From the NCBI GenBank assembly GCA_045580815.1, contig JAZNOL010000115.1, positions 1 through 55,132 on the forward strand: a stretch of 55,132 bases of DNA, read 5' to 3'. A program made the position numbers and the translations under genes. The notes under the pieces were generated by a model. The model searched no databases, was not told where the DNA came from, and worked only from the letters and a program-made list of their open reading frames with translations. This document shows, one piece after another, positions 17,916 through 27,364 of the stretch. The stretch's first letter is position 1, and the number at the start of each line of letters is the position of its first letter. Source of the stretch: Clostridia bacterium. Its GTDB lineage: Bacteria > Bacillota > Clostridia > RUG12999.

Positions 17916-19063
17916 TATTTTTTGAAAAAAGTGTGATAAATTTTGCTTGTTTTGCGTTTTACTTCATAAAGCTGTTTGTCGGCAGAATTGATCATCTCTG
18001 CTACGGTAGACTTTCCGTCATACATTGCTATGCCCATGCTCATACGGATATCAAAATCGTCTCTGAAATCTATGCCGGACAGTTCACATTTAAGCTTGCT
18101 GCAAATTTCTTCGGGAAGTTTGCTATCCGATGTGTCAACAATGATAACAAATTCATCTCCGCCAAACCGGAATGCTGATGAATCATACTGTTCAACAACA
18201 CGGTCAAGAACTCCGGATATCAGCTTTAACGCCCTGTCGCCTTCAAGATGTCCCCAGGTGTCGTTAATATGTTTGAAATTGTCCAGGTCGCACACAATCA
18301 CAAAGAATGTGTCGTTTTTGTTTTTTCTGTATTCTTCAAGCTGTTCATAGATAGTGTTGTCCATGCCGTAGCGGTTCGGCAGTTTTGTAAGGTTGTCAAT
18401 AAGTATTCGGTTGTACTGCGAATCAATAAACAAAATGAGCATTGATACGAAAACAGAATACGGTGTTAGGGATAATCCGCCGGAAAGAACGGTTGTATCC
18501 AGAACTCCGGCAATAACAACCGGCAATGTCAGTAATGTATGTATAATGCAGTTTCTGCGTTGACGTGAAGATGATTTTTTTATTATAACAAGTGAAAAAA
18601 TCCATGGGGCAACGGCATATGCAAAGCTCAGGAAAATCAAAGAATACAGTTCTTCGTGGCTGTGTGTGCCGCTGTTGTCGATGGTGTAAATCCAGCCGGT
18701 TTTAACAGAAGCAATGGCGCAAACAGCAACGACAGATGCCGGCAGAATATTTAAAATTTTAAATGCACGGTTTTTTTGAAAAATGTTGAATTTGTCTGTA
18801 TAATAAGACGTCCATAAACATCCGATAAACCCAAAACTGCAAAAATAAAAAATGTTTGCAACGTGGGCGATTGGCAAAAAAACAGTATGTTTGCTTAAAA
18901 GCAATCTGAAAATATCTGCAACAGAGGAGATTATAGTGAGAATATATATTCCTCGGATGCTTTTTTTGCCTGAATGCTCAAATTTAATATTATATGCCAG
19001 TAAAACCCATAAAAAAATAATACAAAGTATATGCGATTCAATGCGAAGAAAAATATCGTTCAT
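17912..19063 (-). CDS. Membrane-bound diguanylate cyclase (GGDEF)
   Basis: About 7 TM helices, then DNLTKLPNR, DLDNFKHINDTWGHLEGD, RFGGDEF, SMG, ADKQLY. Start set at ATG 19063 after AGGTGT. Confidence 0.9.
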   Translation of the reverse strand: MNDIFLRIESHILCIIFLWVLLAYNIKFEHSGKKSIRGIYILTIISSVADIFRLLLSKHTVFLPIAHVANIFYFCSFGFIGCLWTSYYTDKFNIFQKNRAFKILNILPASVVAVCAIASVKTGWIYTIDNSGTHSHEELYSLIFLSFAYAVAPWIFSLVIIKKSSSRQRRNCIIHTLLTLPVVIAGVLDTTVLSGGLSLTPYSVFVSMLILFIDSQYNRILIDNLTKLPNRYGMDNTIYEQLEEYRKNKNDTFFVIVCDLDNFKHINDTWGHLEGDRALKLISGVLDRVVEQYDSSAFRFGGDEFVIIVDTSDSKLPEEICSKLKCELSGIDFRDDFDIRMSMGIAMYDGKSTVAEMINSADKQLYEVKRKTSKIYHTFFKKY

Positions 19064-19094
19064 AATTACACCTATTCGTATAGTGAAAAAATCG

Positions 19095-19772
19095 TCAGTT
19101 TTTGAAAATATCAAAAACTTTTAACGCGTTTAAATCATTGACTAAATCTTTTATATTTGCTGCGTCAAATTTTTTAAGTATTCTGTTTACCTGTGACCGT
19201 ATTGTAGATTCTTCAACAAACCGTTTGGTGGCAATTTTTTTATATGATTCACCGGCACACAGAGATTTTAAAATTTCAAATTCCGAATTAGAAAGCTTTG
19301 ACAGCAGATTTAAGCTGTGAAGCATTGAATTCTGGCGGTTTTTGATTCTTTCGCACTCGGATAAAATAATGTGAGCAAGCTCAGGTCGCAGGGAAGAAGT
19401 GTTATTATAAACCTTTCTCACCGAAGAAATTATTTCTTCGATGGGCTCGGTTTTTGTTAAATAATCGTTTGCACCGTAAGTAAAAGCACGCAGAATATAA
19501 TCATCTTCTTTGTGAATGGAAAGCATGATTATTTTTATGTCGGGATGAATTTCTTTTATTTTAGGAATCATTTCAACACCGGTGTCGTTTTCTTCCATCT
19601 GTATATCCAGAAGCAAAACATCGGGATAAGTTGTTTTGATAAGATTGAGACATTGACGGGTGTTGTTTGCGGTTCCTACAAATTCTATGTCGGGCTCGCC
19701 TTCGAAAACAGACTGAAAATATTCACATAAATAACTGATATCATCGCAGATAGCTAATTTTATTTTTTTCAT
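19095..19772 (-). CDS. NarL/LuxR-family response regulator
   Basis: Receiver ICDD, LLDIQM, YLTK. C-terminal LSNSEFEIL...YKKIA..RFVEESTIRSQVNRILKK helix-turn-helix. Confidence 0.9.
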   Translation of the reverse strand: MKKIKLAICDDISYLCEYFQSVFEGEPDIEFVGTANNTRQCLNLIKTTYPDVLLLDIQMEENDTGVEMIPKIKEIHPDIKIIMLSIHKEDDYILRAFTYGANDYLTKTEPIEEIISSVRKVYNNTSSLRPELAHIILSECERIKNRQNSMLHSLNLLSKLSNSEFEILKSLCAGESYKKIATKRFVEESTIRSQVNRILKKFDAANIKDLVNDLNALKVFDIFKN

Positions 19773-21267
19773 ATTTTCTCATCTTCCTTTCGTTAAGTTT
19801 AGGCAAAAGAATTTCAAATTTTGTGTATTTCCCCGGCTCACTGTCAGCAGAGATATTGCCACTATGAATGCTTATAACATTGTGAACGTAATTTAGCCCG
19901 ATTCCCCAGTTTTTAATGCTTTGCTTGGTAGAAAACAACGGTGAAAAAATGTTTTTAAGATTCTTTTTTTCGATGCCGTTTCCGTTGTCTTCTATTTCGA
20001 TAATCAGCATATCATCCTCGGATGATACCGTGATATTTATATAGGGCGAAAAATCAGCTTCGCTTATTTCTTTTTTGAGAATAATTGCCTCGGCGGAATT
20101 GTTTATTATATTTTTAAAAACTTCCGTAAAATGAAATCGGTCGGCATAAAATTTTTGCAAATCCATGTGATATGCTTTATTAATTGTTATATAATCGGGA
20201 ATGTCTGTGCTTTCTATGGCTTTGTCGATGCATTCTTTTATATCAATTGCTTCAAACTGAAATTTTATATCGTGCATCATATCAAGCATCCGTGAAATAG
20301 TCTGCACCGAATCGCCTGAAATCTCCCTGATTTTTCCGTAGTTTTTCCGGCTCAACTCCGGGTTGGCTTCTATGCTTTTTTCACCTTGCTCGGCAAGCCT
20401 GTCGATGGTAAAAAACAAGTTTTTGTACACATGAAAAAGCATGCGGAAATTTTTGCTCAGCACATTATAATTCTGTTTCATTTTTCTTTGAGAAATTTTG
20501 TTGAAATTGCTGAACGGTTTATAAAAATATACAATAAAAAACAGAAGAATTATTATAAAAATAGTAATCGGTATCAGAATATAATAATTCCACGAAACAA
20601 GAACCTTCGGAAACTTGAACACGGTGAGATTTGACGAGAAAAACATTCCGAAACTTCCCGTAACAAAAACAGAAACAGTGTATATATCAATTATCAGAAG
20701 CCACAGGGCGGTGATGAGCGTAGAGCGTTTTTTTAGTTTGATTTTTGTGCTGGCGTAGTATCTGAAAAGTGAAATAAACGGAATTATCATATACACGGTA
20801 AAAATTGCCGGACTAATGATGTGGTTGTAGTCAAAGAAAAACGACATAAAATTTTTTTCGCCTGTCAAAGCGGTGTCAAGAAAATGATTATATGCCGTTG
20901 TCGGGTCGTTAAACCACATATAGTAAATAATCGGCAGAGAAAACAGGATGTATGAAGATTTGCGCAGTTTGGAAATGTTTGCCGCTATAATAACGGAGGC
21001 AATAAATATCAAAGCTACACCAACGTTATATATCCTTGAAATGTCAGGAATGTTAAGCTTTATATCCATCAGAAAAATATACAGATAGTAGTCTATTTTT
21101 GAGGAAAACGGATAGTTGGAAAGCTTTGCAAAATATAAAAGCGAAGAAAACAGAAGTAGCCCCACACTTGTCAGATAAACAGCAAATGCGCGGGTGATTT
21201 TATTCTTGTAATTATATTTCAGGTATATAACAAAAAAAACAATCAGAACAAGAAAGACCGATGTCAT
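19741..21267 (-). CDS. Multi-TM sensor histidine kinase
   Basis: About 7 TM helices, atypical H-box FHVYKN, N-box NIINNSAEA, DNGNGI, FSTK, WGIGL. Overlaps the regulator start. Confidence 0.85.
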   Translation of the reverse strand: MTSVFLVLIVFFVIYLKYNYKNKITRAFAVYLTSVGLLLFSSLLYFAKLSNYPFSSKIDYYLYIFLMDIKLNIPDISRIYNVGVALIFIASVIIAANISKLRKSSYILFSLPIIYYMWFNDPTTAYNHFLDTALTGEKNFMSFFFDYNHIISPAIFTVYMIIPFISLFRYYASTKIKLKKRSTLITALWLLIIDIYTVSVFVTGSFGMFFSSNLTVFKFPKVLVSWNYYILIPITIFIIILLFFIVYFYKPFSNFNKISQRKMKQNYNVLSKNFRMLFHVYKNLFFTIDRLAEQGEKSIEANPELSRKNYGKIREISGDSVQTISRMLDMMHDIKFQFEAIDIKECIDKAIESTDIPDYITINKAYHMDLQKFYADRFHFTEVFKNIINNSAEAIILKKEISEADFSPYINITVSSEDDMLIIEIEDNGNGIEKKNLKNIFSPLFSTKQSIKNWGIGLNYVHNVISIHSGNISADSEPGKYTKFEILLPKLNERKMRKYEKNKISYLR

Positions 21268-21332
21268 TTGAAATCCTCCGCTTGCTATAAATTATCTTCA
21301 TTATAAAATCAAGTGTGCAATTTAGGTGGCAA

Positions 21333-21394
21333 GAAATTTTGTAAAACAAAATTTCGTATGTGTCAATTATAACATAAATTTTTTGTTATTGCAA
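21333..21394 (-). promoter_or_regulatory. Promoter of the kinase operon with a downstream palindrome
   Basis: TTGCAA (21389-21394) -17 bp- TATAAT (21366-21371). Perfect 10-bp inverted repeat GAAATTTTGT-aaa-ACAAAATTTC at 21333-21355. Confidence 0.6.
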
Positions 21395-21532
21395 GGGGGC
21401 AGAAATGGAATTTGCATAATTTTATAAAGTTATATAAAAAAATTTGCTTTATTTTCGGGCGATTGCGAAAAAATGTTTACAAATTTTCAACGTTTTGTGT
21501 GCATTATTTAATCACAAAAAAAGGTTTATTTA

Positions 21533-21541
21533 TGTTATAAT
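21533..21541 (+). promoter_or_regulatory. Extended -10 of the 22-kb catabolic operon (no recognisable -35)
   Basis: TGTTATAAT about 33 bp upstream of the start codon. The -35 position reads CACAAA, consistent with activator dependence. Confidence 0.5.
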
Positions 21542-21574
21542 ATATGTAACTAAAAAACGAAAGGAAGAAACCCT

Positions 21575-22966
21575 ATGAAAAAAACAACAAAATGTATGGC
21601 AGGCTTGCTTGCCATGGTGCTTGCACTCACATGTCTTTTTGGCTGTGGAAGCAAGAACACAACAACAGGATCAAACAGTGGTGACGGAGTAAGCACAGTT
21701 ACTTTCTGGTCACCCAGCCCTCACAGCAAAACCTTATATGTTAAACTTGCCAATGAGTTTAACGAATCAACAGGCAAAGAAAAAGGCATAAACTTTGTTT
21801 ATGAAATCAAAGAAAGCAACATGACACAGGCAATCGACCTTGCACTTGCTGCCGACCAGGCTCCTGAGCTTTTTGTAGGCGGAAATGTTGAAGCACTTGC
21901 TTCAAAAGGCGATATCATGGCTTTTGATGATGTAAAAGGTGCTGAAAAACTTGTAGCAAGATTTGAAGACCGTCTTGTTCCGTTTACAAATACATACAAC
22001 GGAAAAACATATACTCTTCCCGTATCTTCAACAATCAACGGTCTTATCTACAACAAGGATATGTTCAAAGCGGCTGGTATCGTTGATGAAAACGGCGAAC
22101 CCACACCTCCCGAAACATGGGCACAGCTTAGAGAATATGCAAAACAGCTGACAGATGCATCAAAAAGAGAATTTGGTGTTGTTCTGCCTCTCAAATGGTC
22201 AGGCTGGGTAGGAAGCGATATTCTTGCGGCAGGTATGCCGAGCCTTGGCAGACAGGGTTATGACCCCACTACCGGAAAATTTGACTATACAGCATACAAA
22301 CCGATTATTGAAACTTATCTTGGTATAAGAGATGACGGAAGCATGGTTCCTGGTGCAGAAAATATTGACAACGACCCGGCAAGAGCAAGATTTGCAGAAG
22401 GCGGTATCGGCATGAAAATAAGTGCTTCATACGACGTTGCGGTATTTAATGACCAGTTCCCTGCAAAAATTGATTGGGGCATTGCTCCGCTTCCCGTTCT
22501 TGACAAAGACAATAAATACAAACAGGCAATGAGCCTTGGTTCTTCTGCAAGAATCAACGCAAAAGCTGTTGAAAGAGTTGGCGATGAAAAGCTTCTTGCT
22601 GTTCTTGAATGGATGTATGGCGAAGAGGTTATTTCTCAGGCATTCAAAGAAGGATTAAATATTCCTAACGATGTAAATATTGTAAATTCAACAGATTTAA
22701 GCGGTGCTAAAAAAGGCTGGAAAGAATTTGCAGATATGATAGAAATCAGCACAGCGGCTCCGGTTGAAATTAAAACAGATACAACAGGATTAAAAACCTT
22801 CTCCGATGTTTTCATTAATGAAATCTGGACAGGCGAAAAAACTGTTGACCAGGCTCTTACAGATTATACAAATGATATGAATTCAAGAATTGACAAATAT
22901 AAAGAAATCAATCCTGACTATGATCCGGAGCCGTTTATTATTAAAGACTGGAATATAAAACGCTAA
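21575..22966 (+). CDS. ABC sugar transporter substrate-binding lipoprotein (CUT1)
   Basis: Lipobox LFG-C. YNGKTYTLP, GLIYNKDMFKAAG, PETWAQL, WGIAPLP. Confidence 0.93.
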   Translation: MKKTTKCMAGLLAMVLALTCLFGCGSKNTTTGSNSGDGVSTVTFWSPSPHSKTLYVKLANEFNESTGKEKGINFVYEIKESNMTQAIDLALAADQAPELFVGGNVEALASKGDIMAFDDVKGAEKLVARFEDRLVPFTNTYNGKTYTLPVSSTINGLIYNKDMFKAAGIVDENGEPTPPETWAQLREYAKQLTDASKREFGVVLPLKWSGWVGSDILAAGMPSLGRQGYDPTTGKFDYTAYKPIIETYLGIRDDGSMVPGAENIDNDPARARFAEGGIGMKISASYDVAVFNDQFPAKIDWGIAPLPVLDKDNKYKQAMSLGSSARINAKAVERVGDEKLLAVLEWMYGEEVISQAFKEGLNIPNDVNIVNSTDLSGAKKGWKEFADMIEISTAAPVEIKTDTTGLKTFSDVFINEIWTGEKTVDQALTDYTNDMNSRIDKYKEINPDYDPEPFIIKDWNIKR

Positions 22967-22979
22967 GGGTGGATACAAA

Positions 22980-23906
22980 TTGGTAACAGCAACTAAAAAA
23001 TCAAGACAGCTAAACGCAAAAACCAAAATGACAGCGCAATGTTATCTGATGCTTTCAACTCAGATTATCGGTTTTATTGTGCTTACGGCATATCCGATTT
23101 TCTGGGCGGCAAAATGGGCTTGGTTCTATTATGACACAATTCCGCAGAATACCAGACTTGTCGGATGGGAAAACTTTGTTAACATTTTCAGCGACTCGGC
23201 ATACTGGAACGCATGGGGAACAACATTGAAATTCGCTGCATGTAAAATTGTGATAGAACTTCCGCTTGCGATGTTGCTTGCAGTTCTTCTCAACAGAAAC
23301 ATTAAAGGTAAAGGCTTTTTTAGAGCACTGTTTTATATGCCCAATATTGTCAGCGTGGCAATTGTCGGACTTATTTTCAGTAATATGTTTGACTATTTCG
23401 GCGTTATCAATGGGTTACTCGGTAAATTCGGAATTGCACCCGAGGGCGTAAACTGGTTTGGCAATGCAGGCACCGCACTGATGGTTATCGTAATTGCGTC
23501 AACATGGAGCACCTTCGGTACAAACATGATTTATTTTCTTGGTGCGTTGCAGACAATTCCCGAGGACCTTTATGAAAGTGCGTATCTTGACGGTGCAAAA
23601 CCGTTTACCGTATTTTTCAAAATAACGCTTCCGATGATTGCACCTATTTTGCAGACGGTTCTTTTGCTTGCAATAAACGGTACACTTCACATAAACGACC
23701 TTGTTCTGGTTACAACAAACGGTGCACCGGGCGGAAAAACCTTTACCGTAATGTCTTACATAGTTAAACAGTTCGTTCCCGGTTTTGCGGAAGCAAATGT
23801 AAACATCGGATACGGCAGTGCAATGGCTCTTATAACCTCGGCTATATACTGCATAATCGGCATTACATACTCAAAGCTCAGCAAACGTTTGTCAGAAATT
23901 TATTAA
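22980..23906 (+). CDS. ABC sugar transporter permease (MalF-like)
   Basis: VGWENF, FFRALFYMP, EAA-loop IPEDLYESAYLDGA...FFKITLP. TTG start. Confidence 0.93.
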   Translation: MVTATKKSRQLNAKTKMTAQCYLMLSTQIIGFIVLTAYPIFWAAKWAWFYYDTIPQNTRLVGWENFVNIFSDSAYWNAWGTTLKFAACKIVIELPLAMLLAVLLNRNIKGKGFFRALFYMPNIVSVAIVGLIFSNMFDYFGVINGLLGKFGIAPEGVNWFGNAGTALMVIVIASTWSTFGTNMIYFLGALQTIPEDLYESAYLDGAKPFTVFFKITLPMIAPILQTVLLLAINGTLHINDLVLVTTNGAPGGKTFTVMSYIVKQFVPGFAEANVNIGYGSAMALITSAIYCIIGITYSKLSKRLSEIY

Positions 23907-23920
23907 AAGGAGGTAACATT

Positions 23921-24772
23921 ATGAAAAAACAAACACTTGTGGGAAACATAATCACATATGTAATTGTAATTATTGTTGCTGTAGTTGCGATGTTCCCGCT
24001 TATTTATACTGTTGCCTCGTCCTTTAAAACAAATGCGGAAATTCTTGCGTTTCCGGAACGTATTTTTCCGCAAAAGCCCTCTTTTGAAAACTATATAACA
24101 GCATGGAACTCTGAAGATTTCAATATAAGACAGATGTTCTGGAACAGTACATATTACACTGTTATATGTGTTTTTGTAACACTTGTTACCTCCACAATGG
24201 CAGGTTATGTGTTTGCAAGAGGGGTGTTCCCGGGGAAAAAACTGGTGTTTTCGGTTTTTTCCGCAACAATGTTCATAAGCCTCGGCACAATTACAGTTTA
24301 TCCGCTGTTTGATATTCTTACGGCAATAAACTTAAATAAATCTCTGTGGGGACTTATACTGGTGAAAATTTTCAGTATTTCCATTGTTAATATTTACCTT
24401 GCAAGAAGCTTTATAAAAACAATACCCAACTCTCTTGACGAGGCGGCGATAATTGACGGGTGCAGCTTTATTTCCATATTTTTCAGAATAATTCTGCCCA
24501 TGATTAAGCCCATAACGGCAACAATCGGAATACTGGCGTTCCAGAGCTCGTGGAACGAATATCTGATGCCTTCAATATTTACCATGGCTGTTCCTGCGCA
24601 GAGAACACTTACCGTAGGTGTTGTGGCACTTAAAAATTCGGGCGACGGTGCGGCATCGTGGAACCTGATGCTTGCAGGCTCAACGGTTGCACTCATTCCC
24701 GTTCTTATTGCCTATTCAATAGGCAACAAATATTTTGTTTCCGGTATGACTGCCGGAGCAGTAAAAGGTTAA
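23921..24772 (+). CDS. ABC sugar transporter permease (MalG-like)
   Basis: SFKT, ENY, IPNSLDEAAIIDG, SWNEY, C-terminal GAVKG. Confidence 0.93.
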   Translation: MKKQTLVGNIITYVIVIIVAVVAMFPLIYTVASSFKTNAEILAFPERIFPQKPSFENYITAWNSEDFNIRQMFWNSTYYTVICVFVTLVTSTMAGYVFARGVFPGKKLVFSVFSATMFISLGTITVYPLFDILTAINLNKSLWGLILVKIFSISIVNIYLARSFIKTIPNSLDEAAIIDGCSFISIFFRIILPMIKPITATIGILAFQSSWNEYLMPSIFTMAVPAQRTLTVGVVALKNSGDGAASWNLMLAGSTVALIPVLIAYSIGNKYFVSGMTAGAVKG

Positions 24773-24814
24773 AAAATAAAATTAAATAAAAATTAAAAAA
24801 GCGAGGAATTAAAA

Positions 24815-27328
24815 ATGAAAAAAATTATTTCTTTGATTCTGGCATTTACAATTTTAGCAATGATGGCAAACATCGGTATTGTCAGCGCGGCAATACCCGC
24901 AGGCGACGGAAATGGTGTTAAACTGGCGTTTTCAAATCTTGTAAGAACATCTCCCGGTGGAAGCCCGGCATCTGTTTCATCAATTGAAGCCGACGGATTT
25001 GCAAATGCATGCAAATATGTATACGGCGGTGGCGCTAATAAAACATTTACAAAATTCCGTATGGAATTTACAAATACTGAGAATGTAGCGGCAGATGACT
25101 ATCTGTATATTTCATTTTACTATCGTTGCATAGGCGATGACACATATACTTTGCCGTCTTATATTCAGAGAAGAGCAAAAACAAATGACGATGCCAGCTC
25201 AAAAATAGCTTTGGATCACGGCTTAACAACAACATGGCAGAAAGTTTCTTATGTAACACAGTCAGCAGCGGCTGTTGCAGCAGGCTCAAATGTTACACAG
25301 CTGTTCTTGCTTGGAATCAGCGAAGATAAGGCAACATCGGTAGAATTTGCAAACCCCACTTGTGTTTACTTTGGTGCAGTTACCGGCGACAATCCGGAAG
25401 ACCAGATTATGGACGCAATCGAAAAGGCAGAATCTGCACCTGCAATTTCCGTAAACAACGGAAAAGGCGCATCTCTGGCATTTAAGGAAATAAAAAGAAA
25501 CTCTCCGTCAAGCGGAACAGGCGTGCCGATTTCGACAATTGAAGACAGCGAGTTCGGAACTGTGACCAGATATGAATATACTCTGGGTAAAAGCGGAAAT
25601 GTATCGTTTTCTACTGTATTTACAAATAGTTATGATGTAAAAGCAGGAGATATGTTTAATGTATCTTTCTATTATCGTTTTACAGATGATGAAACATACA
25701 ATCTTCCCACATCATTTACAAAAAGAGACGGCATAAACGAAAACAACAACGGTAAAACTTCGTTTGGAAGTAATTTCACTGCCGGAGAATGGAGAAAAGC
25801 ATCACTTACACTGCCTGCAACCGTTGATGTTGCTTCCGGTACGGATATTTTCTTGAGATATGTAGTTTTCTTAACCTCAGGTGATAAAATTTGTGTAGAT
25901 ATTGCTAAACCCACATGTATATACTTTGGAAACGTAGCAAGTGAAAATGCATCCGAAGTTGATGTACAGCTTAATAAATCTGATTTCACAAGCATTTCAA
26001 TCGGTGATGCTGCAATTGATTTAGCGGCTAATCCCACAAGCTACACAACAACCGAAGTTGTTTCAAAATCGGACATTACAGCCGTAGGTTATTACGACAG
26101 TGCAGTTGTGAAAATCGCATCCGAAGAAACAGATGATGCTGTAGTTTATACAATCACATCTTATGCAGTCGGTCATGACTTAACCAGCACAACCGACACA
26201 AAATACACAACATATACAATTACTGCGGTAAAACCGGCTCCGTCAATTACTCTTAACGGTGGCAAAGGTCAGGCGTTGGAGTTTGCTGAATTTGTTGGTG
26301 TAAGCCCGTCAAATCCCGAAAATTACAGCGTTTCTGAATTAGATGGAACAGATTTTGAAAAAGCATACAGATATGAATATTTCGGCAATGCCGATTTGGG
26401 TATTATCCAGAATATTGCAAGATTTAAACCCGGCACAGAAATCCCGGCAGGAGAATATTTCTATTTCTCATACTATTACCGTTTTGTAAAAGATGATACA
26501 CACGCATTGCCCACAGGTATTGCAAGAAGAGGGTCTGTAAATAACAGCAGCGAAAAACCCGGAATTGAAACAGGTGTTAAAGAAGAATGGACAAAGGCTG
26601 AATTTATTGTAACAAACTATAATGCAATAAGTGCAGATGCTTTTGCTGAAACACGTTTCCTTTTAACTCTTGCAAACAAAACCGACAAAATTTATATGGA
26701 TATTGCGGAACCTACTTGTGTTTACTTCGGTGCGGCTACAGGCGATGTGGAAGAAGCTATCAATGAACAGATTTCAAAATCTGACATTTCGGCTATCACA
26801 ATCAACGGTGCACCTGTCGACCTTGCGGCTAATCCCACAAGCTATACAACAACAGAAAAGGCTGAATTTGACAACATTGCGGTTACAGGCTATCACAATC
26901 CGTCAATAATTAAAAAATCTGTTTCAAAAGCAGACGGAAACGTTACTTACACAATAACAGCATATGCAGTTGACTATGATTTCCTTGATTCTACAGATAC
27001 AAGAAAATCAACATACACACTGACAGTTGCAGCTCCTGATTATGATGTTTACAGCTATGATTATGCTAAAACAGCAACAGGCTACACAGTAAATGCAATG
27101 TTTGACAACGCTACAAATGAAGCAGCAAACTTTGATTACATTGTTGCAGCTTACAACGGAAATGCACTTGTTGGTACAGGAATAGCTTCTTACAGCAACG
27201 TTACAGGCAACGGAAACGAGCTTTCAGCAGACATCGTTACAGAAAGCGGAATTTCATACGTTAAAATATTCCTCTGGAACAGCAAAACAGGTCTGATGCC
27301 TGTTATAAACAGCAGAGTAATTGATTAA
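24815..27328 (+). CDS. Secreted non-catalytic modular protein: three CBM-like modules, two cadherin-like spacers and a C-terminal module
   Basis: Signal peptide (..GIVSA). Three ~180-aa repeats starting near 24890, 25445 and 26246 share GxGxxLxF, S(F/Y)YYR, DDxxxLP, (R/K)R, W and PTC(V/I)YFG. Two DLAANPTSYTTTE spacer domains. C-terminal VAAYNG...VKIFLW...LMPV. Confidence 0.75.
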   Translation: MKKIISLILAFTILAMMANIGIVSAAIPAGDGNGVKLAFSNLVRTSPGGSPASVSSIEADGFANACKYVYGGGANKTFTKFRMEFTNTENVAADDYLYISFYYRCIGDDTYTLPSYIQRRAKTNDDASSKIALDHGLTTTWQKVSYVTQSAAAVAAGSNVTQLFLLGISEDKATSVEFANPTCVYFGAVTGDNPEDQIMDAIEKAESAPAISVNNGKGASLAFKEIKRNSPSSGTGVPISTIEDSEFGTVTRYEYTLGKSGNVSFSTVFTNSYDVKAGDMFNVSFYYRFTDDETYNLPTSFTKRDGINENNNGKTSFGSNFTAGEWRKASLTLPATVDVASGTDIFLRYVVFLTSGDKICVDIAKPTCIYFGNVASENASEVDVQLNKSDFTSISIGDAAIDLAANPTSYTTTEVVSKSDITAVGYYDSAVVKIASEETDDAVVYTITSYAVGHDLTSTTDTKYTTYTITAVKPAPSITLNGGKGQALEFAEFVGVSPSNPENYSVSELDGTDFEKAYRYEYFGNADLGIIQNIARFKPGTEIPAGEYFYFSYYYRFVKDDTHALPTGIARRGSVNNSSEKPGIETGVKEEWTKAEFIVTNYNAISADAFAETRFLLTLANKTDKIYMDIAEPTCVYFGAATGDVEEAINEQISKSDISAITINGAPVDLAANPTSYTTTEKAEFDNIAVTGYHNPSIIKKSVSKADGNVTYTITAYAVDYDFLDSTDTRKSTYTLTVAAPDYDVYSYDYAKTATGYTVNAMFDNATNEAANFDYIVAAYNGNALVGTGIASYSNVTGNGNELSADIVTESGISYVKIFLWNSKTGLMPVINSRVID

Positions 27329-27364
27329 TTAGCAAATTAACAAATTAACAAAAAGGAGTAAATT

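Noticed and set aside
21575-24772. Missing ABC ATPase as an anomaly
   Set aside because: CUT1 importers in Firmicutes commonly share an MsmX/MsmK-type ATPase encoded elsewhere.
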